Translations under genes and position numbers: made by a program
DNA from: Octopus sinensis
Lineage: Eukaryota
Length of the DNA: 64,000 bases
Direction of reading: 5' to 3'
Assembly: GCF_006345805.1 (NCBI RefSeq)
Contig: NC_043004.1
Span: 105,214,001-105,278,000 of the forward strand
Notes under the pieces: model-generated
Databases searched by the model: none
Told to the model about the DNA's origin: nothing
The model's input: the letters and a program-made list of their open reading frames with translations, nothing else
Part shown: positions 36,816-49,509 of the stretch, one piece after another
Layout of the letters: each line of letters begins with the position of its first letter
Position numbering within the stretch: position 1 is the stretch's first letter

Positions 36816-37955
36816 GTCAAGCAATGGAGATCCACCACCAAGTATTTCTAGAAAATTCTGTTAAATTCTTTCCATTCAAGTCTTTTTGAATTTCAGCTTA
36901 AGTATAGGGAGTAAAAATTGTTTTTTCTGGTAGAATACGAAAGTATTGTGTATCACTAAGTTAGAATAAATACACAATATCATTGTGTCATAAAAAGTGG
37001 CAGAAAGGAGTCTTGCTATGAAACATTGCCAACAAGAGAACCATGAGAAGAGTTCAACACTGAGAGGAGTGTTGTGGGTTAGCAAGGTTAACTCCAGCTC
37101 CAGCTTGGAAAATAGTCTTAAAAAAGTTTTGTTGTTGTAATAGGATCAAACTGCAAATCAGTGTCACTTATCTTTGCCTTTAAGTGTTTGTGTGTGATGT
37201 GTTAGAACAATACTTGACATTTTTGATTCAAGCAGGACATTATAAATGGCATCCTGTAGTGAGGTGCCAGCTTGGAATCAGAGGTTTTGGAGAGCATGGA
37301 GTTACTGTTTTACTCACCACCTAGGTTTGTTCTAGTTTGGGCTGGTAGTGACTCTGGAAAGCAGCAGTTATGGGATCAAATAGCAGAAGATAATCCTGTT
37401 TGTGTCACACAATCCTATCAGTGCATGTACATACCCTGATGTCACATGGACCATCCTTCTGTTTAAAGGTTAAATAGGTGCTGTACTTCAAGAGTAAATT
37501 TGAGAGAGTAGGATATCTTCAGTGTAAACTGGAAAAGAACAGGAAACCACTGCCATGTCTTTCCCAAGGAAAATTATGAATCTTTGTACAACTGAACAAA
37601 CATTTTTGTAAGTGCCCTTCTCCAGGTGTTATTCTAAATGATTTAGATTGATCGTAGTTACATGGGACACACACCTGTCATCTCTAGCTGTTATTTATCC
37701 CTTTGTCACTTGATTCAGTAGATGATCTTTGACATTCCCACCTTGACTAACCCTCTGTAATTTCAAGTAGTGTATCTAGGACTACATTATCTAATGTGTC
37801 TTTTAGACAGTGGAATTGTCTGCAGGCAAACAAAACTATTACCATTTTACTTATGTCCCTATTTTTCTCAGTAATAAACTGTACCTATCATTGTTAACCC
37901 TTTCATTACTGTATTTATTTTGTAATTCTGTTTTTTTCTCAATTATTTTAAATAT

Positions 37956-39563
37956 GTTAGTTAGTTAGTTAATTTGGCTCAAAAGCAAATAGCAAGGCCA
38001 TGTAGGGGGACATGGAGTTAAGTACAGGGTGGTGTTCATGTAAAGAGTTCAGGCCACTTGAGGTCCAGGGAGGCTTTGAACAAAGCGGTCATCGGCATCT
38101 TCACCATCTCGTCTGGCAGCTTGTTCCACGGATCTGCAACCCGGACGGAGAAAGCTCCTCTCCTTCGATTGAGATGAAATCGTCGCAGGTAGAGCTTTTC
38201 AGAATGACCCCGCAGCCGACGCTCCAGAGCAGGAGTGAAGAACAGCTCTTTCGAGAGGTTACACTTCCCGCTTATGATGTTGTGGGCGAGAATGAGATCC
38301 CCACGGTGGCGGCGTTTTTCAAGAGAATAAAGGTCGAGCGTCCTCAGCCTTTCTTCATAGGACAAATTTTTGAGACCATGAACCATGCGGGTAGCCAGCC
38401 TCTGGACTCTTTCGAGGTGCTGTATGGCTTTGAGGAGATAAGGAGAAGAGGCTTGAATCCCATACTCCAATATGGGTCTCACCAGCGTGACATAGAGTGG
38501 CAGGAATATGGCTGCTGTGAGCATTCCGAATGACCGTCGAATCAAAAACAGAATTCTGCGCGCTTTGTTGGCAGCATGGACACACTGGGCCGAAGGCGAA
38601 AAGGAGGAATCCACCAAGATACCCAGGTCCTTTACCTGATCGGTCCTCTCCAGCAGCAGATGACCCGACTCGAAATCAAGTTGAGTTGCAGGAGTAGAGC
38701 CGACAGGCAGATGACAGCACTTTGACACGTTCAGACACAGGTCCCAATCGTTAGACCACTTCCAAATTTGGTGGAGGCATCGACGAAGATCCTCTATACT
38801 ACCGCAAGGAGCGACCAGTTTGATATCGTCGGCAAATAGAAGGGTGTGTTGCGTGAGGTCGTCGGGCAAGTCATTTATGAAGACTAAGAACAACAAGGGC
38901 CCAAGCACTGAACCTTGAGGCACGCCACTGCTCGCACTGGAGACGTCGGACCGCGAACCATGAACTTGAACTTGGAAGGAGCGATCTGAGAGGAAGGCAC
39001 CAACCCATCGTACAATATCCGGATGGAAACTATATGCTTGAAGCTTGACAAGTAGTAGGCGGTGGTTTACCGAGTCAAAAGCTTTGGCAAAGTCCAATAA
39101 AACGATGTCAACAGCATCACTATCATCGAGGATGCGCGTCACCAATTCTTCCATTACCAGTAAGTTGGTCAAGCATGATCTCTTCGGCACGAAGCCGTGT
39201 TGGGAATCAGTGATCGAGGCTGTGTTTAGGAGGTGGAGCATCATACTTTTCTTAAGGATGGTTTCGAACATCTTGCTGATTATTGATGTAAGGGAAACCG
39301 GTCGGGAGTTAAGCGGGTCTTCGCGGCTCCCTTTCTTGAAAATTGGGCAGATTATCGCTGTTCTCCAGTCTGCAGGTATAACACCCGTCGCCAATGACAT
39401 ATTGAATAGTCGTGTTAAGGGCTCGCAGATGACCGGAGCCAACGCTTTGATAACCCGTGGGTGTATGCCGTCAGGGCCGTGACCCTTGTTGACATCGAGG
39501 CCTTGAATAACACGTTTGACTTGGTCCCGCGTGATGATCAATCGAAGCATTGGAGGTACCGAT
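37956..39563 (-). mobile_element. Young 5'-truncated CR1-clade LINE
   Basis: (TAAC)n tail at 37956-37971, short 3' UTR, intact RT ORF, ATAT at 37952-37955 and 39564-39567; clearly more GC- and CpG-rich than its flanks. Confidence 0.93.
38036..39550 (-). CDS. CR1-type reverse transcriptase, 504 aa without stops, lacking the N-terminal APE endonuclease
   Basis: RPVSLTS, QHGF, LDFAKAFDSV, GVPQGSVLGPLLF, LFADD, LERVQR.ATRM, RRHRGDLI, LRGH motifs. Confidence 0.92.
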   Translation of the reverse strand: MLRLIITRDQVKRVIQGLDVNKGHGPDGIHPRVIKALAPVICEPLTRLFNMSLATGVIPADWRTAIICPIFKKGSREDPLNSRPVSLTSIISKMFETILKKSMMLHLLNTASITDSQHGFVPKRSCLTNLLVMEELVTRILDDSDAVDIVLLDFAKAFDSVNHRLLLVKLQAYSFHPDIVRWVGAFLSDRSFQVQVHGSRSDVSSASSGVPQGSVLGPLLFLVFINDLPDDLTQHTLLFADDIKLVAPCGSIEDLRRCLHQIWKWSNDWDLCLNVSKCCHLPVGSTPATQLDFESGHLLLERTDQVKDLGILVDSSFSPSAQCVHAANKARRILFLIRRSFGMLTAAIFLPLYVTLVRPILEYGIQASSPYLLKAIQHLERVQRLATRMVHGLKNLSYEERLRTLDLYSLEKRRHRGDLILAHNIISGKCNLSKELFFTPALERRLRGHSEKLYLRRFHLNRRRGAFSVRVADPWNKLPDEMVKMPMTALFKASLDLKWPELFT

Positions 39564-39728
39564 ATATAACAAAGAATTTAGTAAAATAACTTAGTTATCA
39601 TTAATCTAGTGTTAGGAACATAAATTGTGATTAAGGTTTGGTGAAAGATTTTAATTCAAAACTTATGAAAACAAGACATTTGTACTACAGAGTCAGAGCC
39701 AGTTTCAGCCGGGTTAGTAACAAAAGGG

Positions 39729-40110
39729 TTAATCCTTTGTTACCATATTTAAGTTGAAAATACACTTCCTTAGTTTCAATTTGGAACATAAATTTGTATG
39801 AAATTTTGTTTGAATGTTTAAATTTCGACCACTTTAACATTCAGATTATTCTGTCAAATGTAATGCTTCTTCACTCACATTGTTTTGAATTAACCATTCT
39901 TGTAGCTTCAAAATTTTGATGATGTGATTGTTTATTTTTTAAACGACATTGACGGGTAGGTGTGAGAGGATGGATTTGGCTGGCATGACATAAAATAGGT
40001 AGAGAATATTTGGGCTGGGTATGCTTGATTTAAATGTTAAAGGCTAAAACAGGAAGTTTGTATCCTAAAACCAAGAATGGTTTCAAGCAGGTTAGTATCA
40101 AAAGGCTTTA
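39729..40110 (+). mobile_element. MITE subfamily B sharing a TTAA with the previous MITE and containing a subfamily A MITE (~39828-40047)
   Basis: ttaatcctttgttacc..; inner cattcagattattctg...aaatgttaaaggctaa; B resumes aacaggaagtttgtatc and ends aaaaggctttaa. Confidence 0.7.
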
Positions 40111-41364
40111 AGAATAATAACTAGGTTACTGCATCAATAATTGTTTTGATGTTTTACCCACCTTCCAGAATAACAGTTTGCTGTACTTCTCCTAGGATAT
40201 AATTCCTTGATTGCAATGGTCACCAGGCCAGAACAATGACTGGGTCAGTTGCAAGTTTCAGCTTAAATAAAATTGAGTTAAAACCTAACTATTCATTCAC
40301 TGACTCAATTTAAAGATATATTCATAAATAATTAAGGGTTGCTCTTGAGAATCTAGAAATGTCATGTGCTGCCTGTAGTTTTTAACTTGGAATGACTTTA
40401 TTATTGAAATTAACTTTGTTTGTTATGGCAGTAAACATATTAAATAGATACTTGCAATTAATGTGTCACATTCTTAAAATTTTCAGTTCAATAGGTTTAA
40501 CTAAAATGTTTGATTATATTCCAGCAGTAAATTTGGTATTTGAAAATTTTTTTGAAATTTGTTTTGATTTGTCTTAATGAGGATATAATCAAATAAGTTT
40601 TATTGAGTCTGTTCTTGTATTTCTTCACCCATTTTAGTCCACAGCTGCCCGTAACAATATATGATAGCTGTCTGCTATTACTTACTGCTTTGTTGCCAAT
40701 AGTTGATTTATTGTGGACTTAATTATTTTCAAGTGGTTTTAATCTAAACTAAACGACCATTTATTATTTCAGGCATAAAAGGAAAAAAAACTTCTGACAG
40801 GCAATAAGCCATTACCAGTAATCTTTCTATTGTTTCACTGTTAACTTTTGCATCTCGGTTCCTCTTAATTAGTTCAAGGTGAAATTAGTTGTTGTGGCAT
40901 AGTCTAATGGTACATCTTAATTAAACAATATTTGATGAGATTTCCTGTTTTCATGTTTTATTCAAACTTTTTTTAAAGTGGGGAGAAATTTTTTTCTTGT
41001 GTGGTTTTGAACTGAAGCATTTTAGACATTCAAACAATGCATCATTTGGTACAATCTGCTCATTTACTTATACAACACTTAAAGCATACATTGAAGGTTT
41101 TTTTTTTTTTTTCTGTGCCATTTCAGTCTGTGCAGAACATCAAAACATCATAAGGAGTGCAACACACCACAATGTGTTATTTAGTATCATTTAGTTTTGT
41201 TACTATATAACACAACTGAAAAACATCCTCTGAGTCATGACACTGGTGCACTGAAAGGTTGGTTATCGGGTGCTCCACAGATTTTTAAATGCAGGGTCTG
41301 AGATTTAGACAATTCATATTAATGCTTAAGCGTCTGGAAAAAACCTGTTATTCACCATTTTGCT

Positions 41365-41770
41365 TTATCTTTTACTTGTTTTAGTTATTAGACTACGGCC
41401 ATGCTGAAGCACTCTCTTGAATTTTTAGTCAAATTAATCAACCCCAGTACTTTTTTAAAACCTGGTGCTTATCGTATCAATCTCTTTTGCTAAACTGCTA
41501 CGTTATGGGGATGCAAACACACCAGCACTGGTTGTCAAGCAGCGGTGGTGGTGGTGGTGGGGCGGAACAAACACAGGCACAAAGACATACACACAGAGAT
41601 ATAGGTGTGTGTAATGGGCTTTTTACAGTCTCTCTCTACCAAATCCACTCACAAGGCTTCGATTGACTTGAGGCTATAGTAGACAGTTGCCCAAGGAACC
41701 ACACAGTGGGACTGAAGCTGTACTCGTGGTTGGGAAGCAAGCTTCTTACCACAGACCCATGCCTGCACCT
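41365..41770 (-). mobile_element. SINE family A
   Basis: tcttttacttgttttag ... cttaccacagacccatgcctgcacc. Confidence 0.8.
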
Positions 41771-42232
41771 GCATAATTAGGATTAATAAAATGAGGCAAA
41801 GTAATAGTTTTCCATTCTTTCCCTAGAATTTTACCTTCAAAACATTGTTTTTTTGTAACTTTACATATGAAATGTGTGTGTAATGTTTAACTTCCCACAA
41901 AACGACCAGTAATGTTTTGTAAGTTCTGCATCAAAGTCAAAAGCTAGAGAAATCTTGAAGTAGATATTGGAGACTGTTATTTTGTCCCCTTCCCAAATTA
42001 AAAAAAAACACAGCTGAACAACACATCAGGTACACATCATAGTGTGTGTATGTTTGTTATTTTGTGTGCTACAAAAAAACTAAAAGATTTAAGCCAATTG
42101 AAATATAAGTGATGAGGAAGATACACGTGGGGTTCATTATGTTGGAATTATTGTACACCAAGAATGTAGTGAGTTGCTGAAAAGTTAGAGCTTGACCAAA
42201 AAATGCATTGTAATATTTTTTTTTGCTAAGAA

Positions 42233-43073
42233 AGTGAGCTGGCAGAATTGTTAACACACCGGCCAGTGGTATTTTGTCTGTCTGAGTTCAAATTTTGTAG
42301 AGGTCAACTTTGTCTTTCATCCTTTCAGGTTGATAACAATAAATACCAGTTGAGCACTGAGGTTGATGTAATTGCCCCACCCCACCAGATGCCAGCCTTG
42401 TGCCAAAATTTGAAATCAGTATTTCTTCTGCTTCTTTACCTTTTGAGTTCAAATCTCACCAAGGTGATCTTTGGCTTACATCCTTTTGGGATTAATATAA
42501 TAAAAGACTAAGGCTGATGGTTTTGACGGACTTCCACCTCTCCACTCAAAATTGCTGACTTTGTGCCTAAATTAAAAAGTTTTAAGTGTGTATGTGCGTG
42601 GGTGCATGTGTATGTGTGTAAAGTGAGGTTGACTGCAGCCTGGTTCCAATCCTTGGTTGAAATTACTATTTATAGAATTTCCTGCAGTAAAGCTCAATAT
42701 CTTTTTCCATTACTTGTAAAGCAGGAGTGACTGAAGGAATGCTAAAAATGGGGTTGATAGTGGAATCAGTAGGGTATTGGGCAAAATACCTTGTGGTGTT
42801 TGGTTACATTCCTTATGTTCTAAAGACAAATACCATTTGTTAAAATGAGTACTAGTCAAGAACTGATCGCCTGGCACCTGTGCGGGTGGCACGTAAAAAG
42901 CACCCACTACACTCACGGAGTGGTTGGCGTTAGGAAGGGCATCCAGCTGTAGAAACATTGCCAGATAAGACTGGAGCCTGGTGCAGCCTTCTGGCTACCC
43001 AGATCCCCGGTCGAACCGTCCAACCCATGCTAGCATGGAGAACGGACGTTAAACGATGATGATGATGATGATG
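42233..43073 (+). mobile_element. Two SINE C copies (42233-42580) and a young SINE B (42868-43073)
   Basis: gtgagctggcagaattgttaac..; ggagtggttggcgttaggaagggcatccagc..ggacgttaaacgatgatgatg. Confidence 0.8.
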
Positions 43074-43501
43074 TTTCAGACGTAATCACAGCCCAATGAC
43101 TGACAGTAAAGGAAAAAGGGTAAACAAATCCTAGAAAAATTGTTAATTTTGTAACAATTTATGATCAAGAAGCTTGTGTCTTAGCCAATATGTGTCTGCA
43201 TGTACCTTTGTTTAGATATCATGTGATGGTTGTAAATGGGTATCACTGTCATACGAGCAAAGCCGTTTGTTTCTAGTCTTCCATGAATAGTATGTCTGGC
43301 TGTGAGAAAATATTACCTTGCTTGAAAACATCTGAAGGTTGGCGACAAGAAAGGTATCTGACTAGAAAAATCTTGCCCTAACAAGCTACTCCTGACCATG
43401 CAAGCATGGAAAAGTGTACATTAAACGATAGGTGAAGGTTGGTGACAGGAAAGGCATCCAGCCATAGAAAATCTGCCTCAAACAAATTCTGTCTAACCCA
43501 T

Positions 43502-43731
43502 TTAACCCATTATCATTCAGATAACTCTGACAAATGTAATACATATTTATTCACATTGATTTGAATTAATCATGCTTTATCTTTGTAGTTTTGAAATTTC
43601 TATAACGTGGTTGTTTATGTTTTGAATGACATTGTTAAGTATAGGTGAGATGCCAGATTTGGTCAGTTGGAACATAAGACAGGTAGAAAATCTTGGGCTG
43701 GATATGGCTAGTTTAAATGTTAAAGAATTAA
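43502..43731 (+). mobile_element. piggyBac-type MITE, subfamily A
   Basis: ttaacccattatcattcagataactctg ... aaatgttaaagaattaa. Confidence 0.7.
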
Positions 43732-44273
43732 GCATGGAAAAGTGGATGTCGAATGATGTTGAAGGGTCTGAAAATACATTCAAAACTACTCTAAATGATG
43801 TATTTTGTATGTGTGTATGTATGTATATACTAGGAAAAATAAGCCTCTAAATACCTCTACTCCTAAAAATTTGAACATGTGGTCTATTACAGTATCCACA
43901 GTTTATGTTGTGAAGTGACCTGATTTGCGTTTGGAATAGTGTTAGGATTAGATTGCACTTTAATGTGTAAATGGCCATGTAGACCATGTGACAGCAAAAT
44001 TTTTTTTCTGAATATCACAATTATATGATGATTAGCCATTACCATGAATCGAAATATTATATTAATGATAAACGTATTGTAAGAATAACTATAACATTTG
44101 AGATTACATCATGACACTAACTCCATCTGAGACTCTCCCCAGTTCCATGGTGCAACATAATTTTGTTTTCCTTGAAGTTAGCTATTTTACTAAAATCCCT
44201 CTAAATTATTGATTATTTAAAGATATAATTGAAACTCATGGACAGTGTTTTTAATTTGAAATATGGTCCTAAA

Positions 44274-44390
44274 CACTGCCAGATCAGACTGGAGCCTGGT
44301 GCAGCCTTCTGGCTTCTCAGATCCCGGTCAAACCGTCTAACCCATGCTAGCATAGAAAACGGACGTTAAACGATGATGATGATGATGATG
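44274..44390 (+). mobile_element. 5'-truncated SINE B with 11-bp TSD
   Basis: atggtcctaaa at 44263-44273 and 44391-44401; (GAT)n tail. Confidence 0.9.
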
Positions 44391-44572
44391 ATGGTCCTAA
44401 AAAAAGACTATAATATGAAAATATTTAAAGTTCTTCCCTTTTTCAATATCACTTTTGACTATCCATTATGACAAATAGACCCAAACTTCAAAATCAGTCA
44501 CTCAAGAATTTTTAGCTTAATGAAATTTTGTTTCTTTGAGAAATGATATTGTGATGTCTGTCTCTTTTCCAG

Positions 44573-44700
44573 AAACAAAAGCAGTGCATTTCAAAAGAAA
44601 TATGGTAGCAAAAGCTCAGGTGTGGACAATGTTTTTGAGAAGTGGGCTGCATGAGACGTGGCTCATCATCAGACAGGCTGCACTACAAAAAATATTCAAA
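44573..44700 (+). CDS. Candidate exon, product unknown
   Basis: tctgtctcttttccag acceptor; either terminal NKSSAFQKKYGSKSSGVDNVFEKWAA* or internal TKAVHF...LQKIFK with a gtaatt donor at 44701. Confidence 0.22.
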
Positions 44701-44784
44701 GTAATTTTTCATGAGACATACCATTCAGAAAGTCCTATGGGCCACAGTTTGTCCATGGAGGTTGCATTACTCTCTGTAGACTTA

Positions 44785-44996
44785 TTAACCTTTTGCTACC
44801 ATATTTCTGTTGAAATGCATTGCTTTTGCTTCTGCTAATTCTTTGAACAATGAAGAATTTAGTAAAATAACTATAATTATAATAATTAAGCTAGCATTTA
44901 GAACATAAATTAATGTAATTTTGATGGAAGGTTTAAATCAGGAAATTTGTATCCCAGAATTAATCAGTTTTCTTATGTTTGCATCAAAAGGTTTAA
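44785..44996 (+). mobile_element. piggyBac-type MITE, subfamily B
   Basis: ttaaccttttgctaccatatttctgttgaaat ... catcaaaaggtttaa. Confidence 0.7.
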
Positions 44997-45259
44997 GACT
45001 ATCTTGGTTGCTTTGTTTTGAAAAGAGCAGAAAGTTTTTTAAAAGTTTATAACACTTATTGACTGATGACTCATTGAAAAAAAAAACATATATAATAATT
45101 CTCATCAATGAGTTAAGCCTTTTTCAGCTGTTTGTACACACACTCACACATACATGCACACAAGCTATAATGAGCTTAATCTGTGTGCACGTGTCATTTA
45201 TTTCCCCTTTATAACCATTTGATATCCATTATGCCTGGCTAGCATTGTAGGTTATGACA

Positions 45260-46467
45260 TTAGGTTGTCACATAAAATGTTGCATTTTTAATTACTTGTT
45301 ATTTTAGTCATTTAAAAACTCAATTATGTATATCCTTGCATTTAATCTTGACTCTTTTACATTCCGAACAATATTGGTATACAAAATTTGTACCTACATA
45401 CCTGATGAAAATGATAACAACCACTGTTCAGTGATTTTCTTATATGAGTACAAACCGGGTCACTCTGCTGCAGAAGCTCTATGGAATATCAAGTGGGCCT
45501 TTGGCATTGGTTTTGTTCACATCAGAACTGTTCAGCGATGGTTCCAAAGATCTCGTTCATGAGATGATAGCCTTGAAAATGAACTAAGGGGGAGGCCAAA
45601 ATCAGTTACTCAGCATGATGAATTAAATACTTTGGTTGAACAAAAGCCAAGAACAATGGTCCAAAAACTTTCATCAAAACTCCAAACATCTTGCATTACT
45701 GTTTCTCAACGCCTGAAATAAGTTGGAAATGTCAAGAAAATGGATAGGTTTGTTCCACATCAACTGAACGAGATTAAAAAAAAAAAACAGGTGCCGTGAG
45801 GTGTGCTCCTTATTGCTTTCTCAAGTGGAAAAAGAACCATTTTTGCATAGAATCAACCATGTGATGAGAAATGGATATTCTTCGACAACAGCTGGAGAAC
45901 AGGACAGTAATTAGATGTGGAGAGTCACCTAAACACTACCCAAAACCACCATTGCACCCTAAAAAGTTAGTGGTCTCCGCATGGTGGTCTGTGAAGGGGT
46001 TTAGTCATTTATTCGTTTTTGCAACAAGGAAAAATAGTAACAGCAATGTCATATTACTCAGAAATTGATTGTATGCATAAGAATTTGAAAAAGAGCAACC
46101 CAGACTAGAGAACAGAGATGGCCCAATTTTGCTCCACAACAATGCACGTCCTCACACTTCTCAAGCTATTATCCAAAAGTTGCACAGCCTGAATTATGAG
46201 ATTTTGCAACATCCTCCCTATTCCCCTGATATCTCTCTTACTGATTATCACTTATTTAAGCATTTTCATATGCAATAAAACATTCTTAAATAGAGAAGAG
46301 GTAATTGAAGCATTCGGACAGTTTATCACAGCAAAATATGAAATTATTTTAAAGAAACGTTGAGTAAAAGGTCATAAGTGAACATGGATCATACTTTGAT
46401 TAAATAAATCAGTTCTCTAACGTTTTTATTGTTACCTTTGAAATACATTCCCTGTGTGACAACCTAA
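45260..46467 (+). mobile_element. Full-length decayed mariner (DD34D, Mos1/SETMAR-like)
   Basis: TIR ttaggttgtcaca / tgtgacaacctaa, TA on the right; IFLYEYK.GHSAAEA, TVQRWFQR, CDEKW, LHNNARPH (catalytic D to N), HPPYSPD..TDYHLFKH; frameshifts. Confidence 0.9.
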
Positions 46468-47297
46468 TATTTTTGAACAGTTATGAGCATACTGCTTTTT
46501 ATGGTTATATATATTCATGATGGAAAAGTCATAAAAAATGTTACTGCCATCATTTTGCCAAAGTAGGATCTAATATGTTGTGTTCTTATTATTTATTTAC
46601 AAATATTCAAATTGTTTCCTTTTTACTACTTGCAATGGCACATGAGCCTGGCAGTAGGAGAGTTTCTAAGTAGCCATTTAACTTGTTGCATATAGCACCC
46701 TGTGTACTCTGTATATTCTTCAATAAGCTTATTAAACATTTAACCACTCATGCCTTTCACAGAATCCACACTGTATGTGTACATGAACACACACACACAT
46801 ACACATGCGCGCTCTCTCCCTCCATACATCCATATAAATATAGAACCTATAAACTAGGACACAAAGAGACCTGAAGCATAACTGGAGAAGAGAGGGCCTG
46901 AATGGGTACAAAATGACTGACCAATCTAACTGATTGATTCACCAAACAACCAAACAATTGATTAGTTAATTAGTTAAATAATAAACTACTTGACTAATAA
47001 TACTATAAGAATTGAAAAAGAACCAGTGTGTGTGTATTATTGGCATTATGACCCTCCTGAGATATAACAAAAACTTCTCTTTAAATGGAGTTACATGATT
47101 TATTCTTTTAAAAACATTGGCATAAAAACATTAAAAAAATTGATGGGACCAAGGAATATATGAGTTTTTAAAATTCTGTATTAAAAAAAAATCTGTATCT
47201 TATAGATTTTTTTTTTCTTAAGAAATTAGCCTTTTCTTTATGGCATAGAACTTGGCATGACTGATAAATTCACTTTGTCATCTTGTAGAGCTTAGAC

Positions 47298-47550
47298 TTA
47301 ACCCATTAACATTTAAACCAGCTATATTCAACCCAAGTATTCTAATTGTTTTGTATTCGAGCTGACCAAATTTGGTCTCTCATACCTACCCTACTGTGTC
47401 ATTCATCATCATCGTTTAACGGTTATAAAAAAAAATCAAATAAATAAAAGTCACATCATTGAAATCTTGAAGCAATGAGATAATACATGATTGATTTAGA
47501 ACAATGTGAATAAATAAGCATTACTTTCGACAGAATAATCTGAATGCTAC
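47298..47550 (-). mobile_element. MITE subfamily A containing a short SINE B tail stub
   Basis: ttaacccattaacatttaaacc ... aataatctgaatgct; catcatcatcgtttaacg inside. Confidence 0.65.
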
Positions 47551-48699
47551 ACAATTACAAATACCAATGTAATGTTTTGTTTGATAAGATACCGCCATGC
47601 CAGAGGTTTACTGAAGTAAATTTGACTACTGTTATCACTAATAATTATCCGATTGTGATTGTTAATGAATACTGCTTTATATTGTTTTGCTTCACTTGTA
47701 CATACTTGTTGAATCAGTTGCAGAATATCTTAAATAATAAGTAGCTAAATATATAGGTCAGTGACTGAGGAACTTAAGTACGAAGAAATAACATGAATAC
47801 TATATTGATGACATACCGATATTTACTATATCTAATTGAGTGCCCATTGGAATTGAGCTATTAATAGTTCATGTTTACTTTCTCATTATCACGAAGATTC
47901 TAAGCAGGCAATAAAAAGAATGTTGTGCTAATTAAAAGCCATGCAACATACCAACATTTCTTCAAATCGTTAAAAGCACACAAAATTATAAAGCAAAATA
48001 AATGTAAAAAAAGGAAAATAACAAATAAGGGCATTTATTGTTTTACATCAGTTTTTCTTGTTTGCATGGCTGAGATGATTTTAATTGCAGTTATTTTTAC
48101 AACTGAATGTCCTAATTGCTTCAGTCATGCAGTAGGAATGAAATTCATTGGTCAAGCAAACCATATTTTCTAGCATGTAAGCCAACATAGTGTGTATATT
48201 TATTTACTGCCCACAAGGGGCTAAACATAGAGGGGACAAACAAGGACAAAGGGATTAAGTCGATTACATCGGCCCCCAGTGCGAAACTGGTACTTTATTT
48301 ATCGACCCCAAAAGGATGAAAGGCAAAGTCGTATAGTGTAAACATTGAAACAGCATCACTATCTATCCAGATCCTATTACATTTCACATGGAGATTTTGG
48401 TCCTTCAAAGTTATCTTTGTGTGTCAACCTACATTTTTATGATTGTAAACTTTGGTTTGGAAATTTTGACTTGTATGTCAGAAAATATGGTAAGACAGAG
48501 ACATGTTGCAATGATTATAGTGAAGTTTCAGTTCCTGACCATGTTAGTCAGTTTAACAGAATTACCAAAAACTGTAAACATGGTTGAATGTAATTTCCTT
48601 GTCAAATGTTCAAAGTGTGTAAATGATAAGATGTTAAAGTGTTTGAATACTGATAATACGGTTTTAAATTTAGAGCATGGATAGGTGTCATACTCATGG

Positions 48700-49500
48700 G
48701 CACAACCCAGAAGATGTAGGAAGATCTAAGTTTGCTTGACTGAATAAAAAGACAGATACCACTCCCTACTTTATAGTGCAATAATTTGCAGGTAGGATGA
48801 GCGTCCTAAGCTAAAAACATTTGTTTTGACAAATCAACTACCCCATTCATCAAAAGAATGTACAAAACAAAAAGGAATACACCAAATAGAAAAAAAAAAT
48901 AATGAAACAAGCTCTAATACATTGTTCATGATGTGATGATTCCTCATATAAAATATCCCATTGTAGAATCAGGCTCTTTTATTATTTCTCTGAGAAATGG
49001 CTATAATTTTTCCTTAGTAATTTATTGTTTTCATGATCTGCGACCTGGGTTACTAACAGTTACAAGCAGGTCTAAGTTACACATTGTTATGATGGTTGAC
49101 ATCATTACTCTATTTGGCAATATGCAGAGATTTATTAATAACATGTCAGCAAGTCTCAACCTTTTCTGTTTATCATTAGAAATTATTGATTGAATGCGGC
49201 TAACTTTGTATGGCTAAAGTCATGAACAATATTTTAATATGCAATTAGCACTTGCAACATTGTATTATCTTGACAGCTCAAATTCCAACAGCATCATTTC
49301 CTTGTGATTTCTTCAAACCAGAGTAAATTGCTTCTGTTGTTTCTTCAACTTTTCAACACCTTCCTGATCTCAGTCGTTCCAAGAATCTACTAATTTTCCT
49401 GTCAAACTACTACTGACAGCTAAGATGGTTGATGGATCATTGCATGTTTGAAATTCAGTGATTGTCGCATGTCTGAATACACTAACAATCAGTGATAACT
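48700..49500 (-). pseudogene. Heavily decayed Tc1/mariner-like transposase remnant
   Basis: Fragments LRSGR...TTEAI..LKKS and PYKVSRIQ..SNDKQKRLRLA resemble the HTH and pre-DDD regions; many stops; no TIR found. Confidence 0.35.
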
Positions 49501-49509
49501 ATAATAATT

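Larger units (their letters stand above)
37894..39732 (+). mobile_element. piggyBac-type MITE split by the CR1 insertion
   Basis: TTAA 37894-37897 ccctttcattac; resumes at 39564; ends gtaacaaaaggg TTAA 39729-39732. The reverse complement of the 56455 copy reconstructs the empty site. Confidence 0.85.

Noticed and set aside
38012-39482. Plus-strand ORFs of 173 aa and 145 aa
   Set aside because: Antisense shadows of the GC-rich CR1 RT frame.
44630-44680. Minus-strand CUGAUGA followed by a perfect UGAG/CUCA stem; partial hammerhead-like strings at 5330-5352, 21940-21965 and 24250-24280
   Set aside because: Each lacks GAAA, stem II or stem I, so none meets the hammerhead consensus.
48345-48684. 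Two overlapping ORFs ending near a strong ATG|gtaaga donor
   Set aside because: Adjacent to a SINE fragment and a decayed transposase; the frame is ambiguous and no homology was recognised.
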